A DNA stretch of 32,000 bases from Synechococcus sp. A15-28 (GTDB taxonomy: Bacteria > Cyanobacteriota > Cyanobacteriia > PCC-6307 > Cyanobiaceae): positions 660,001 through 692,000 of the forward strand of contig NZ_CP047931.1 of the NCBI RefSeq assembly GCF_014280175.1, read 5' to 3'. Positions 1-9,781 of this stretch are shown here, piece by piece. The notes beneath the pieces were generated by a model. That model worked only from the letters and a program-made list of their open reading frames with translations, was not told where the DNA came from and made no database searches. How positions within the stretch are numbered: the first letter of the stretch is position 1; every line of letters starts with the position of its first letter. The translations under genes were made by a program, and so were the position numbers.

Positions 1-1382
1 CCTTCGGTGGTCCAGAAACTACCGCTAATGGTCGCTTCCCCCTCCAGGCAGACATCACCTCGGGGGGACGAGCAACTCAGCAGAGGTGTGAGGTAGGCCT
101 CAGGATCCGGATAGCTGCCTCGCCAGTCGAGCATTACTGCTTTGAAGGCTCCTTCTCCGAGCTGGCGGTAGATGGTGGTGGATTCCACCCCATCGAGCTC
201 CAGCACAAGGCAGTCCTGTAAATCGCGCTTGACCTGCGCCTGCCAGGTGAGGGCCAGCAGCTTGTCGGCGGGGACGTTGGAACGGAAGGTCAGGGGAATC
301 CGCAGGGGGTTCCCCTGACAAAATCCCTCCTGGCGCAACAAATCCCGGGCCGCTTCGGGGGCGTGAGCAGGCCAACTGCTTTTGTGCGTTCCCGGGAGGC
401 TGGGGGGAACCAGCGATCGCAGCGGTCGTCGCAGGCCGTAGCTGACCCGCTCGCTGATCTCCTGGCGGTTGATGCTGAGGGCCAGTGCCTGTCTCAGGCG
501 TGGGTTGTTCAGCGGTGCCGCGTTGGAAAGCAGGGTGATGTAGCCGATCTCTGTCGCTGGACCGCTGGCTTCCAGCAGCTCCCCCTGCTGGGCCTGTTGA
601 TGCAGAGCATCGCGCTGGTCTTCATCGATGGAGGGTGAGAGAAGCACGTCGACTTCGCCGCTGCGCAAGGCGCCGTAGAGCGCGGTGGAGTTGCTCAGCG
701 TGATCAGATCCAGCCCAGCGTTGGTGGGAGGTTTGCCCCAGTACTCCGCAAATGGCTCGAGGCGCTGGTGGTGCTCACTGAAGTCGCTCAGCCGATAGGG
801 ACCCGTGCCAACAAAACGGTTGTGGAGAAAACCATCGCGATGCTGGGCATAGGCCGTTGGCGACAAAGGCGTGAGGTTCACCGAGGTCAGCAGACCCTCG
901 AGGGAGGTGGAGGGGCGACTCAGATGCAGCACGAGTCGATCGACTGCAGCCACCTCAACGGAGCTGATCCGTCCTCCCACCACGTAGCTGAGGGTGCCGA
1001 TCTCCAGAAAGCGGCGCAGGCTGAAGGCCATGGCCTCAGCGTCGAACGTTGTCCCGTCGTGAAAGCGCACATCCCTGCGCAGAGGAATGGTCACGGTCAT
1101 GCCGTCGGGGCTGACGATCGGGTCGGCCACGGCAAGTCTCGGGATCAGTTCCCCTCGCTCATCAAGGCTGTAAAGCGGATCCCCCAGGGCACTGAGCAGC
1201 TGGATGGTGTTGACGGTGCTGGCCTGGGCGGGGTCCAGGGAACTGATCTTGCCGGCAGAGGCCACCGTGATCCGACCCGTTTCCGTGGTGATGGGCTGAC
1301 ATGCCAGTTGGGCCAGGCCGAGCAGCACGGCACCGAAAGGGGCCAACCAAGACGTGGTCCGCTGTCTGTCAGCAGGCGTCAA
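1..1382 (-). CDS. ABC transporter substrate-binding protein, family 5 (oligopeptide/dipeptide/nickel type), C-terminus truncated by window edge
   Basis: Open reverse-strand frame running off the left edge (absent from ORF track because it has no stop in the window). Translates to ...LGLAQLACQPITTETGRITVASAGKISSLDPAQASTVNTIQLLSALGDPLYSLDERGELIPRLAVADPIVSPDGMTVTIPLRRD... and ...HNRFVGTGPYRL..., typical of SBP family 5 lipoproteins. Start codon (TTG at 1382) is uncertain. Confidence 0.85.
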   Translation of the reverse strand, partial: MTPADRQRTTSWLAPFGAVLLGLAQLACQPITTETGRITVASAGKISSLDPAQASTVNTIQLLSALGDPLYSLDERGELIPRLAVADPIVSPDGMTVTIPLRRDVRFHDGTTFDAEAMAFSLRRFLEIGTLSYVVGGRISSVEVAAVDRLVLHLSRPSTSLEGLLTSVNLTPLSPTAYAQHRDGFLHNRFVGTGPYRLSDFSEHHQRLEPFAEYWGKPPTNAGLDLITLSNSTALYGALRSGEVDVLLSPSIDEDQRDALHQQAQQGELLEASGPATEIGYITLLSNAAPLNNPRLRQALALSINRQEISERVSYGLRRPLRSLVPPSLPGTHKSSWPAHAPEAARDLLRQEGFCQGNPLRIPLTFRSNVPADKLLALTWQAQVKRDLQDCLVLELDGVESTTIYRQLGEGAFKAVMLDWRGSYPDPEAYLTPLLSCSSPRGDVCLEGEATISGSFWTTE

Positions 1383-1662
1383 GACATTCGGGAGCCGACC
1401 TTGCGTATTTAAGCCCGACAGCTGAGATCTGCTGCAAGGACACCTCGAAGACCGGAGATCCCAATTTCGGTTCCATGGGCCAGCGGCGGACCCAGCAGCG
1501 GTCATGCTCTCCGTCGACACCGATCACCTGAAATATTCCTGCATCGCTGTGCAGGTTGACCTGATCCCCCTGCTGAATGTCCATGGCAGTTAACGGCTCC
1601 AAGAGCCTGCAGCCTTGAACAGCAGCGTCAGCGGTGGCGTTCGACATGAACAGTTCATGCAT
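1369..1662 (-). CDS. Conserved small hypothetical protein (cyanobacterial type); start may be the second Met at 1647
   Basis: 97-aa ORF MHELFMSNATADAAVQGCRLLEPLTAMDIQQGDQVNLHSDAGIFQVIGVDGEHDRCWVRRWPMEPKLGSPVFEVSLQQI, non-repetitive, protein-like composition, fills the gap between hom and the SBP gene. Confidence 0.6.
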   Translation of the reverse strand: MHELFMSNATADAAVQGCRLLEPLTAMDIQQGDQVNLHSDAGIFQVIGVDGEHDRCWVRRWPMEPKLGSPVFEVSLQQISAVGLKYARSAPECLDAC

Positions 1663-1735
1663 GGATCAGCAAAAACTGACCCGTCCTGTTGAAGATCTTG
1701 ACACTGAAAGGGGCCTGTCGGGAGTGCCCTCGCCG

Positions 1736-3043
1736 TCAAAGGCAGCCCAGATGTGCTGCCAGTCCGGAGACTTCACTCAGGGCAGTAATGGAATCTAGAG
1801 CGGCAATCACCTTGCGCTGACTGACCTCATGGGTGATGACAACGATTTCTGCGCCCGCCTCGCTGGCATTGAATTGAACGATCGACTGGATGGACACCCC
1901 GGCATCCCCGAAGCGGCCGCCCACCTTGCCGATCACCCCAGGAGCATCTTCCGTAGTGAAACGCACGTAATGGCGTTGTCGGATGTCGCCGCTGTCCGCC
2001 AGAACGCAGGGTCTCCAGCTGCCAGCCGCCAACAGGGGATCGACGCTGCCCTGATCATCACTGGCCTGGCGGATGCCGGCGATGTTGAGGATGTCGGCGA
2101 CGACCGCCGAAGCCGTGGGTCCGGCTCCCGCTCCGGGGCCATAGAACATGACCCGTCCGATGGGGTCCCCCTCGACGAGAATGGCATTGTTGACGCCATT
2201 CACTCCAGCCAAGGGGTGGTCGCTTGGCACCAGGGTCGGTTGCACCCGCAGTGACAGGGGCAGTGGATCACCGGTGCCTGCAAGGCGCTCAGCAACGGCC
2301 AGCAGCTTGACGCCGTAGCCGAGCTGTCGGGCATACTCCACATCGCGGCCCTGCAGTGCGCTGATACCAGTGGTGGGTAGGGCGTCGCGATCCACGGTCC
2401 CGCCAAAAGCGAGGGCTGAAAGGATGGCAATTTTGTCTGCGGCGTCGAGACCGTCCACATCGGCAGCGGGATCGGCTTCCGCATAGCCAAGTCGCTGGGC
2501 CTCAGCCAGCACATCGGCATAGGCCGCCCCCTCATCCGCCATTCGGGTGAGGATGTAATTGGTGGTGCCGTTGATGATGCCGCTCACCCGATTGATCCTG
2601 TTGCCGCCGAGGGATTGCTTCAGCGGTTCGATAATCGGAATGCCGCCGCCCACAGCGGCTTCGATCAGCACGTACACCCCTGCTGCCTTGGCAGCGTTGG
2701 CAATTTCAGGACCATGGCGTGCAATCACCGCTTTGTTGGCGGTCACCACGGATTTGCCGTTGGCAATGGCCTGAAGAATCAAGCTGCGGGCGGGTTCAAT
2801 GCCGCCGATCACCTCCACCACGACGTCCACCTTGGGATCGTTAACCACCTCATTTGGATTGGTGGTGAGCACGGCATCGGGTAGAGCCACCGTGCGGTGG
2901 CGGTTAAGGTCCCGGACGGCCACCCGGATCAGGTCCAGATCAGCAACCAGAGGGTGACGCTCTTCTGGATTCAGCAGAATTTCGGCCACCCCACCGCCAA
3001 CGGTGCCCAGCCCCAGCAGGCCTACGCCGATCCTTGCGCCCAT
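1736..3043 (-). CDS. hom: Homoserine dehydrogenase
   Basis: MGARIGVGLLGLGTVGGGVAEILL (Rossmann motif), VVVEVIGGIEPAR, GGIPIIEPLKQSLGGNRINRVSGIINGTTNYILT, C-terminal ACT-like region. Confidence 0.96.
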   Translation of the reverse strand: MGARIGVGLLGLGTVGGGVAEILLNPEERHPLVADLDLIRVAVRDLNRHRTVALPDAVLTTNPNEVVNDPKVDVVVEVIGGIEPARSLILQAIANGKSVVTANKAVIARHGPEIANAAKAAGVYVLIEAAVGGGIPIIEPLKQSLGGNRINRVSGIINGTTNYILTRMADEGAAYADVLAEAQRLGYAEADPAADVDGLDAADKIAILSALAFGGTVDRDALPTTGISALQGRDVEYARQLGYGVKLLAVAERLAGTGDPLPLSLRVQPTLVPSDHPLAGVNGVNNAILVEGDPIGRVMFYGPGAGAGPTASAVVADILNIAGIRQASDDQGSVDPLLAAGSWRPCVLADSGDIRQRHYVRFTTEDAPGVIGKVGGRFGDAGVSIQSIVQFNASEAGAEIVVITHEVSQRKVIAALDSITALSEVSGLAAHLGCL

Positions 3044-3097
3044 TCCCCGTGATCCGTGTTGGAAAGTTTCCTCTGACTCTATGAATTGGTGGGCTCT

Positions 3098-3523
3098 TCA
3101 AGTGTTTGCCAGGTGCTGTGCCTGAGCCTGCATGGTGCGCAGGATGTTGAGAAATCCATTCGCCCTTGAGGGGGTGAGGCTGGCCTGAAGTCCGGTGGCA
3201 GCAATGAAGGAGGGATCCACCGCCTGCACCTGTTCAGGGGTCAGGCCCTCCAATCCCTGAATCAACAGTGCCAACAGCCCCTTGGTGATCAGGGCGTCGG
3301 AATTCCCCTGCCAATGCATCACCCCCTGTTCGAGAACCCCTTGAACGAACACTTGGGACACACAGCCCTGCACCTTGATCGCCTCGGTCTGCTGCTCGAC
3401 CGGAAGAGGCTTCAGCTTTTTGGCCAGCCACAGAACGTATTCATACCGTCGCTTGGGATCGGGCGTGCCAGCCAGCTTCTCCACCATCCGGTCGAGGGCG
3501 TCACTGCCGCTGCTGGGGGCCAT
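3098..3523 (-). CDS. sufE: Fe-S cluster assembly protein SufE family
   Basis: MVEKLAGTPDPKRRYEYVLWLAKKLKPLP...KVQGCVSQVFVQG...GNSDALITKGLLALLIQGLEGLTPEQV matches SufE signature. Confidence 0.92.
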   Translation of the reverse strand: MAPSSGSDALDRMVEKLAGTPDPKRRYEYVLWLAKKLKPLPVEQQTEAIKVQGCVSQVFVQGVLEQGVMHWQGNSDALITKGLLALLIQGLEGLTPEQVQAVDPSFIAATGLQASLTPSRANGFLNILRTMQAQAQHLANT

Positions 3524-3530
3524 CGAAGTA

Positions 3531-3938
3531 TCAGTCGAATCGACGTCGCACGTTAACCAGGAGGCCCACCAGCATCAGCGTCAGCGGCAGTGACACCACC
3601 TGATCGAGATCCACCTGACCGCTGCTCACCGGCAGCTCCAGGTAGTCCCTGTGGCCAGGACCTCCATCCACCTGAAGGTCCAGCACTCCATCAGCCACAT
3701 CGCTGAGGTCAATCAGCAAGCGGCCATCGGCATCGGTGCTCCCCAGTTCGCGCTGCGGCGTTCCATCAGGGTTCAGCAGCCGCACCACAGCCCCCTCAGT
3801 GGGTTCGCCGTTGGAAAAACTGCTGCTCAGTTCAAGGTTGCCTTCCAGATAGGTCAAAGCGCTCTCGATCTGATGGGCGCCAGCCGGCAGAGCCGACGTG
3901 GTGCCCATGACCAGCATCAAGGCCAGCAGACGCCGCAT
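3531..3938 (-). CDS. Hypothetical exported protein, single-domain Ig/carboxypeptidase-regulatory-like fold with C-terminal TM helix
   Basis: MRRLLALMLVMGTTSALPAGAHQIESALTYLEGN... N-terminal signal peptide; EGAVVRLLNPDGTPQRELGSTDADGRLLIDL; C-terminal hydrophobic segment VVSLPLTLMLVGLLVNVRRRFD. Confidence 0.7.
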   Translation of the reverse strand: MRRLLALMLVMGTTSALPAGAHQIESALTYLEGNLELSSSFSNGEPTEGAVVRLLNPDGTPQRELGSTDADGRLLIDLSDVADGVLDLQVDGGPGHRDYLELPVSSGQVDLDQVVSLPLTLMLVGLLVNVRRRFD

Positions 3939-3974
3939 GGGATGGGTTGATGGGAGTGCCCATGATGCGCTGCA

Positions 3975-4535
3975 TCAACTGGGCTGACCAGGTCCGAGTT
4001 CCGTGATCCAGCCGGTGAAGGGCACATCCCAGGCGTCACGGGGCAGAGGATCTGCGCAGATGCAACCGGAGGGAAGCACCACCCAGGCCGGCACGGCTGC
4101 CCAGGTGGGATCAGCGCGCAACCGGTCGTAGTAGCCGCCGCCGTACCCCAGCCGGATGCCGGTGTGGTCGATGGCCAGCGCCGGGACGAGCAAGAGGCTG
4201 AGCTGGTCTGCAGCGAGAGCTGATCCCTCGGCCGGAGCGGGGATTCCACAACCGTCGGCCTGCAGGGGCGTGTCTCCCCAGAGCCGGTACTGGAGCCCCC
4301 CCACGCCGTTCGCGACCGGTAAGGCAACAGCGCTTGGTGTGGCGGCGCGAATGGACCGCAGATCCACTTCACCGTTCAACGGCCAGTACAAGCCGAGATG
4401 GCCTGTCTGAATTGGCGAGGACTGAACCAGGGTCAGCACCTGTCGGCAAATCGCCGAACTGAGTGAAAGCTGCTGCTGGCGTCGCTGTCGGAAATGACGC
4501 CGTAGTTCCTGTTTGCTTGTCACCTCTGGAACCAA
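3975..4535 (-). CDS. 5-formyltetrahydrofolate cyclo-ligase
   Basis: [17 protein letters not shown]...; [25 protein letters not shown] motif is diagnostic of the 5-FCL family. Confidence 0.93.
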   Translation of the reverse strand: MVPEVTSKQELRRHFRQRRQQQLSLSSAICRQVLTLVQSSPIQTGHLGLYWPLNGEVDLRSIRAATPSAVALPVANGVGGLQYRLWGDTPLQADGCGIPAPAEGSALAADQLSLLLVPALAIDHTGIRLGYGGGYYDRLRADPTWAAVPAWVVLPSGCICADPLPRDAWDVPFTGWITELGPGQPS

Positions 4536-4984
4536 CCCGTCAGAGCCACCGCCAGGGCGTCGGCGGCATCGTCAGGCCGCGGCGGTTCCGTCAGATCCAG
4601 CTCACGCATCACCGCCTCCAGCACCTCCTGCTTTTCGGCATGGCCGAAACCTGCCAGCGCCAGCTTGATCTGCATCGGTGGAAACTCAACCACCGGAATC
4701 TTGAATCGGGCCAGGGTCATCATCACCACTCCCCTGGCTTGCACCACATTGATCGTGTTGCTGGAGCGGTAGAAAAAGAATTTCTCCACCGCCGCCAGTT
4801 CAGGCTGCCAGGCCCGGATCAGCTGCCGCAGGTCCGCAGCGATCTCCACCATCCGCTCGCCGTCGCTTCGACCCGGGTCGGTGCGAATGATCCCGCAGTC
4901 GAGCATCCGCTGATGCCCGCCGCTGGTGTCAATCACCCCGTAACCCACCCGAGCCAGGCCCGGATCGATGCCGAGGATTCTCAT
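4520..4984 (-). CDS. ruvC: Holliday junction resolvase RuvC
   Basis: [23 protein letters not shown]...[29 protein letters not shown]...[18 protein letters not shown]. Confidence 0.97.
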   Translation of the reverse strand: MRILGIDPGLARVGYGVIDTSGGHQRMLDCGIIRTDPGRSDGERMVEIAADLRQLIRAWQPELAAVEKFFFYRSSNTINVVQARGVVMMTLARFKIPVVEFPPMQIKLALAGFGHAEKQEVLEAVMRELDLTEPPRPDDAADALAVALTGWFQR

Positions 4985-4990
4985 GGGGGA

Positions 4991-6079
4991 TCAGGCGGCG
5001 AGGGCCAGCTCGAAATCAGCGCGGTCGCTGCTTTCGCTGCGTTCAAACACTTTGCAGAACACCTTCACCACCCGATCGCCGGAATCGACTTGCTCCAGGG
5101 GATCCTTACGCAGGCGATGGCGCAGGCAGCAGGAGGCCACCCGGGCGACATCCTCCTCACTGACCTCCGTCCGGCCCTCGAAGGCCGCCAGGGCCCGGGC
5201 CGCTCGGTTCGTGACGATGTCACCCCGCAGACCATCCACATCCAGCTCGCCGCAGACGGCGGACACCCGCAGGCGCAGGTCGTCGTCAATGGTCACGGCA
5301 CTCAACCGTTGCTGCGCTTCCACCACCCGCTGCTGGAGTGCGTTCTGGCTGGCTTCCACCGCCGTGCTGAAGCCGTCGGGATCGCTGTCGAAGGCGGTGC
5401 GTTGATCCACCACCTGAACCCGCAGCTCGGGATCGCGCACCGTGCGCACTTCCACGCTCATGCCGAAACGGTCGAGCAGCTGCGGGCGTAGTTCGCCTTC
5501 CTCAGGGTTGCCGGAGCCGATCAGCACGAATCGTGCTGGATGGCGCACGGAGACGCCCTCCCGTTCCACGGTGTTCCAGCCGGAGGCGGCGGAATCAAGA
5601 AGAACATCGACGAGGTGGTCGTCGAGCAGGTTCACCTCATCCACGTAGAGCAGCCCGCGGTTGGCCTTGGCCAGCAGACCGGGCTCGAAAGCTCGCACGC
5701 CTTCGCTCAGGGCCTTTTCGATGTCGATGGTGCCGCAGAGGCGATCCTCCGTGGCTCCCAGTGGGAGATCCACCATGGGCACCTGGCGGGGCTCTGTGGT
5801 GATGGACTCCCCCCGTTCCATCCGTTCTCTCAACTCGCTGCTCTGCAGATCGGGATCCGTGGACGAACTGTTGTAAGGGTCACCTGTCACCACATCGATG
5901 TCCGGCAGCAAATCCGCCAGCGCTCTGATGGTGGTGGATTTCCCTGTCCCCCTGTCACCCATGATCATCACGCCGCCGATGCGGGGATCGATCACATTGA
6001 GCAGAAGCGCGAGCTTCATCTCCTCCTGACCGATCACAGCGGTAAACGGAAAAACCCTGCGCTTCCGGGGTGCTGTCAC
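4991..6079 (-). CDS. chlI: Magnesium chelatase ATPase subunit I
   Basis: FPFTAVIGQEEMKLALLLNVIDPRIGGVMIMGDRGTGKSTTIRALADLLP; VDEVNLLDDHLVDVLLDSAASGWNTVEREGVS; LIGSGNPEEGELRPQLLDRFG. Confidence 0.98.
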   Translation of the reverse strand: MTAPRKRRVFPFTAVIGQEEMKLALLLNVIDPRIGGVMIMGDRGTGKSTTIRALADLLPDIDVVTGDPYNSSSTDPDLQSSELRERMERGESITTEPRQVPMVDLPLGATEDRLCGTIDIEKALSEGVRAFEPGLLAKANRGLLYVDEVNLLDDHLVDVLLDSAASGWNTVEREGVSVRHPARFVLIGSGNPEEGELRPQLLDRFGMSVEVRTVRDPELRVQVVDQRTAFDSDPDGFSTAVEASQNALQQRVVEAQQRLSAVTIDDDLRLRVSAVCGELDVDGLRGDIVTNRAARALAAFEGRTEVSEEDVARVASCCLRHRLRKDPLEQVDSGDRVVKVFCKVFERSESSDRADFELALAA

Positions 6080-6099
6080 GGCCGAATCACCTGTTGTGA

Positions 6100-7458
6100 T
6101 CAGGATTGTTTCACAGGCCGAACGGTGAGCACCTGCGGAGGGGTGGCATCGGCCGGGTAGATCAGTCGAATCCGTACATCTCGCGCTTCGCCAGGTTTGA
6201 GCGTGACCTGACCGAGGGATGCTCCCTCCTGTCCCTGGCGAAGCACCAGATGCACGGTCTGGCGTCCGTAGGGGCTGCCATCGGCGTCATCAAGGCCAAC
6301 CACCTCAACCGGTCCACGGAACATCACGGGCCCCGAAAGGCTGCTGCGGAACCGCAGGGCATCGGAGGCTTGATCCGTTTTCAAGGGGGATTCGAGGGCC
6401 AGACTCAGGGTCTGCGCTGCTGCACCACTGTTTTTGAGTGGCAGGGTCAGGTCGTATTCGACCCCGTAGTTCCCATGGGCGGCCCAGGCTGTGCCGGGAT
6501 ACAGCGCCTGCAGTTCTGCCGTCTGCACCTGCCCTGTTCCCAAACTGCCGCGCTCGAGGCTGCTGATCGGCCAGGACACAGGCTCGTTCTGAATCGACAG
6601 GGTTGTGCTGCCGGGGTCCGTAATGCGGGTCTGCCATCGGCTGCCGATCTGGACACCGCTGACGCGGGAATAAATGATCTTCCCCTTGCTCCCGCGAGGG
6701 GTGGGGTTGTGTTCTTTTCCACTGAGCTCGCCGCTGCTGAGCAGGTCGATCAAGTCCTGAACGTTCGGCGCTTGATGGCCGTCACCATGGGCCGCAAGGG
6801 TGGCCAGGGCCACTGGTGCGGAGCTGTGAAGACGCAGTTGAAGATTGCGGCCATTCAGCAGGGGGTCGAGCCCCTGCACCGGGATGGGCAGCTGCAGCAC
6901 AACCGTTGGGGAACCGGGCTTGAGGGTCCAGCGTCGTGGCGACAGTTCCTGAGCTTCTCGTCCCTTCAGCAGGTCTCCCGCAACCCGGCTGCCAGGACCA
7001 GCGGCAATCACGTCATTGGTTTCCCGCATCAGCGGAGGCAGCGGCAGAAACGGAGCCGCGGTCTGGCCAGGTTCGGTGGCCTGGGACAGGGAGGTGCTTC
7101 CTTCGATCAGCGTGAGCGTGACATCTTCATCGCCGATGGGTGCCATCAGCAGGGCCAGCCACAGGGTGGAGTCGAGGGTCTCATCCGTGCCTGCATAGAC
7201 GTGATGGCTGAACAGATCGAAGCGGCCGCTCAGGTCCACGGAGATCGATGCATCCCCACCATCGGGAAACGTGGAAAGGAGGATGCCGTCCTCCTTGATC
7301 AGCTCCGGGTTGTTGTCGTTCACCATCAGCACGGCGTCCAATTGCCCTGGCAGCGACCGGACGCTCTGTTGCCGTTGGATGACGTCGGCGATGGCAGAAG
7401 GGGCCACACCTGCGGTGAGGCCGGCGATGACGGCACCAAGAAGAACGAGCGATCTCAT
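6100..7458 (-). CDS. DUF3370-like exported cyanobacterial protein
   Basis: Signal peptide MRSLVLLGAVIAGLTAGVAPSAIA then DVIQRQQSVRSLPGQLDAVLMVNDNNPELIKEDGILLSTFP...; architecture as I recall it for DUF3370 proteins of cyanobacteria. Confidence 0.75.
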   Translation of the reverse strand: MRSLVLLGAVIAGLTAGVAPSAIADVIQRQQSVRSLPGQLDAVLMVNDNNPELIKEDGILLSTFPDGGDASISVDLSGRFDLFSHHVYAGTDETLDSTLWLALLMAPIGDEDVTLTLIEGSTSLSQATEPGQTAAPFLPLPPLMRETNDVIAAGPGSRVAGDLLKGREAQELSPRRWTLKPGSPTVVLQLPIPVQGLDPLLNGRNLQLRLHSSAPVALATLAAHGDGHQAPNVQDLIDLLSSGELSGKEHNPTPRGSKGKIIYSRVSGVQIGSRWQTRITDPGSTTLSIQNEPVSWPISSLERGSLGTGQVQTAELQALYPGTAWAAHGNYGVEYDLTLPLKNSGAAAQTLSLALESPLKTDQASDALRFRSSLSGPVMFRGPVEVVGLDDADGSPYGRQTVHLVLRQGQEGASLGQVTLKPGEARDVRIRLIYPADATPPQVLTVRPVKQS

Positions 7459-8543
7459 GGTGTGGACTGCTGGGGTTGAGAGGCGGTTCGGCGCGGTGGA
7501 GCCGCTTCCGGCTTGAGGTGGGGGGCCATGGCTGCTGCCATGGCACGGATCAGATTGGTGGACCTTGGGTCGTTGAACGGACCCTTCACCAGAAAACCCG
7601 CCACGGCGCGGCGACCATCGGGCAGTTCGATCAAGCCGGCATCGGCATAGGCGATGCCGATGTCGCCGGTCTTGTTGTAAACGCGATAACCCTTGCTGGC
7701 CAGGCTGGAATCGGGGGCGCCCTGGGCGCCGCCAAGACCTTTCATCAATCCCGTCGGCAGAAGCGTGTTGGTGACGGAGGTCGCCATGACCTCACGGAAT
7801 AAATCACGGCTGCGCAGGCTGAGGGTTTCACCGGTGTCGACCAGGGCGATGCTGCGACTGAGGTCGTAGGCACTCGTGGTGTTGGTGCCGTCCAGATCAG
7901 GCAGCCAGTTGTTGACTTCGGTGGCCATCAGACCGAGGTCCTGGAAGAGCTGATTGATGGTCTGCTGCCCCCCCACCCGCTCGATCAGAAGATTGGTGGC
8001 GGAGTTGTCGCTGACGCGAATCATTTCCGTGGCGGCGACTCGGGCAGGGAAACGGCTTCCGAGCGGTCGAGATGCCATCCACCCCGCGCCTCCCCCAACG
8101 AGTTCCTTCGTCAGCAGAAGTGGTTCATTCCAGTGCAGATCGCCAGCGTCAATCCGTTGCAGTGCGGTCAGCAGAATCGGTGTTTTGATGGAACTGGCCG
8201 CTGGCATCGGTCGATCGGCGTTCATCTGGGCGAAGCGGCCGTCGTCGAGGAGCAGCATGTAGGCGCTGGCCTCAAGATCCTTCTGTGTGGCCGCGATGGC
8301 GCGCCATCGGGCGGAGAGCTCGGGGATTTCTCGGGTCGGCTCGAAACGACCCACAACTGGCTTTCGGATTGACTCAGGCTTGTCCTGAGTTGGCTTCTCA
8401 ACGGCAGCAGTTTCAAATGGCTGCAGCCAGTCCGGCAGGTTGAGGGTCTGGCGTTGAACCTGCGGGGCGAACCAGCGCAGTGCTGACCCCGTCAGCACGC
8501 CCAGACCAATCCCCAGCACCATCAACCGCAGGAGGCGACGCAC
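7455..8543 (-). CDS. Beta-lactamase class A-like / penicillin-binding serine hydrolase, membrane-anchored or exported
   Basis: Within ORF 7455..8867. SxxK-type motif AASSIKTPILLTAL, SDN motif RVSDNSATNLL, KTG motif NKTGDIG; N-terminal hydrophobic helix LLRLMVLGIGLGVLTGSAL. Start placed at GTG 8543 (alternative ATG 8522) because the upstream part of the ORF overlaps the trmH-like gene. Confidence 0.85.
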   Translation of the reverse strand: MRRLLRLMVLGIGLGVLTGSALRWFAPQVQRQTLNLPDWLQPFETAAVEKPTQDKPESIRKPVVGRFEPTREIPELSARWRAIAATQKDLEASAYMLLLDDGRFAQMNADRPMPAASSIKTPILLTALQRIDAGDLHWNEPLLLTKELVGGGAGWMASRPLGSRFPARVAATEMIRVSDNSATNLLIERVGGQQTINQLFQDLGLMATEVNNWLPDLDGTNTTSAYDLSRSIALVDTGETLSLRSRDLFREVMATSVTNTLLPTGLMKGLGGAQGAPDSSLASKGYRVYNKTGDIGIAYADAGLIELPDGRRAVAGFLVKGPFNDPRSTNLIRAMAAAMAPHLKPEAAPPRRTASQPQQSTP

Positions 8544-8620
8544 CGGAGATCCCCATCCAGGAGAACGACGAGAGGGACGGCTGCTGCTCAAGCGCGTCGT
8601 GCACTGTGACTCGCGTGAGG

Positions 8621-9337
8621 CTAGGGGCGGTCGGCGCGGATGGCCCAGCGAAGTTGCCGCACCATGCCTCGGAACAAAGCGACCTCCTCCGCTCTGCAGG
8701 TCGCGCGTTGCAAGAGATCCCGGACCTTGCCCATGCGCGCTGCACGGGTGTGGGGCAGTAGGAAGCCAGCCTCCAGGAGCAGCTCTGCGGCATCGTCCAA
8801 CAGCCCGGTCAGCTGAGGTGCCGGTGCAGGTGCAGGATCTTTGCTGCGGGAGGGGCGAGCTTGCCATTGATGCCGGGCCAGGTCGTGAAGGACCACGGCG
8901 ACGGCGTGGGAGAGATTGAGCGAGGGATAGGCCTCCTGGCTGTGCAGCGTCAGAACCCGCTGGCAGAGTCTGAGTTCATCGTTGGTGAGGCCGCGGTCTT
9001 CCCGCCCAAAAATCAGGGCGTAAGGGGGATCTCCCGACAGCATCCAGTCGATGGCGGTGTCTGGGTTCTGCAGCGGTATGCCTCCATGGTCCAACCGGCC
9101 GCAGGTGGCGATCACACGCCTGCAATCCCCGATGGCGGACTGCAAATCAGGGTGAATGGTGGCCTGTCGCAGAAGAGGGGCCGCATGGACGGCCATCCGG
9201 AGAGCGTCATCACAGAGAACCTCGCAGCGGGGATTGACCAACCGCAGTGAGTGAACACCGAAATTGGCGCAGAGCCTTGCCACACTGCCGATGTTCAGTG
9301 GCCCGGCAGGCTCGACCAGGACTATGGCGACGGTCAA
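8621..9337 (-). CDS. SpoU/TrmH (TrmJ)-family RNA methyltransferase
   Basis: MTVAIVLVEPAGPLNIGSVARLCANFGVHSLRLVNPRC...; PYALIFGREDRGLTNDELRLCQRVLTLHSQEAYPSLNLSHAVAVVLHDL. Confidence 0.93.
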   Translation of the reverse strand: MTVAIVLVEPAGPLNIGSVARLCANFGVHSLRLVNPRCEVLCDDALRMAVHAAPLLRQATIHPDLQSAIGDCRRVIATCGRLDHGGIPLQNPDTAIDWMLSGDPPYALIFGREDRGLTNDELRLCQRVLTLHSQEAYPSLNLSHAVAVVLHDLARHQWQARPSRSKDPAPAPAPQLTGLLDDAAELLLEAGFLLPHTRAARMGKVRDLLQRATCRAEEVALFRGMVRQLRWAIRADRP

Positions 9338-9723
9338 CTCAGGTTGTGCAGATGACTGAGCAGATCAGCCATCGATGCCGGCTCCATTTGGAAACTCGGC
9401 ATTGGCGGGGTGTCACCGCTCACGATCTGATGAATCAAGGCTGGATCGCGCATCCGCTCGCTGATGCCTGCCAGTTTGGGTGCCAGCAGTCCTTGCCCTG
9501 CCAGCCCATGGCAACCAGCACAGTTGATCCGGAACAACTGTCCCCCATGCTCGGGATCCCCTGGAAGTTCAAGGCTGGCTCGGACGTAGGGGTCCTGTTG
9601 TGCGCCGTTGATCATCCAGATCAAAAGGACGGCGCAAGCCGACGCCGCGAGCACCACCAGTGCCGTGATCAATCCCCTGCTGGATTCTTGTTGTTCCGCT
9701 GCAGTTGATGTCGGCTCGATCAC
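9334..9723 (-). CDS. cytM: Membrane-anchored cytochrome c, CytM-like
   Basis: N-terminal TM helix LITALVVLAASACAVLLIWMI; haem motif INCAGCHGLAGQGL; IVSGDTPPMPSFQM axial Met region, resembling cyanobacterial cytochrome cM. Confidence 0.85.
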   Translation of the reverse strand: MIEPTSTAAEQQESSRGLITALVVLAASACAVLLIWMINGAQQDPYVRASLELPGDPEHGGQLFRINCAGCHGLAGQGLLAPKLAGISERMRDPALIHQIVSGDTPPMPSFQMEPASMADLLSHLHNLS

Positions 9724-9781
9724 AACAGTGGGTTTTGCATGAAAGAATTGTGCTTAATCCTGCTCGTTGGCGCGACCTCCC

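Noticed and set aside
768-1412. 214-aa plus-strand ORF
   Set aside because: Opposite the family-5 substrate-binding protein frame, which continues to the window edge with recognisable sequence.
4463-5491. 342-aa plus-strand ORF
   Set aside because: Lies opposite confidently assigned ruvC and chlI; Arg/His/Gln-rich shadow ORF of GC-rich coding DNA.
6106-7479. 457-aa plus-strand ORF
   Set aside because: Full-length antisense shadow of the DUF3370-like gene; no domain-like features.
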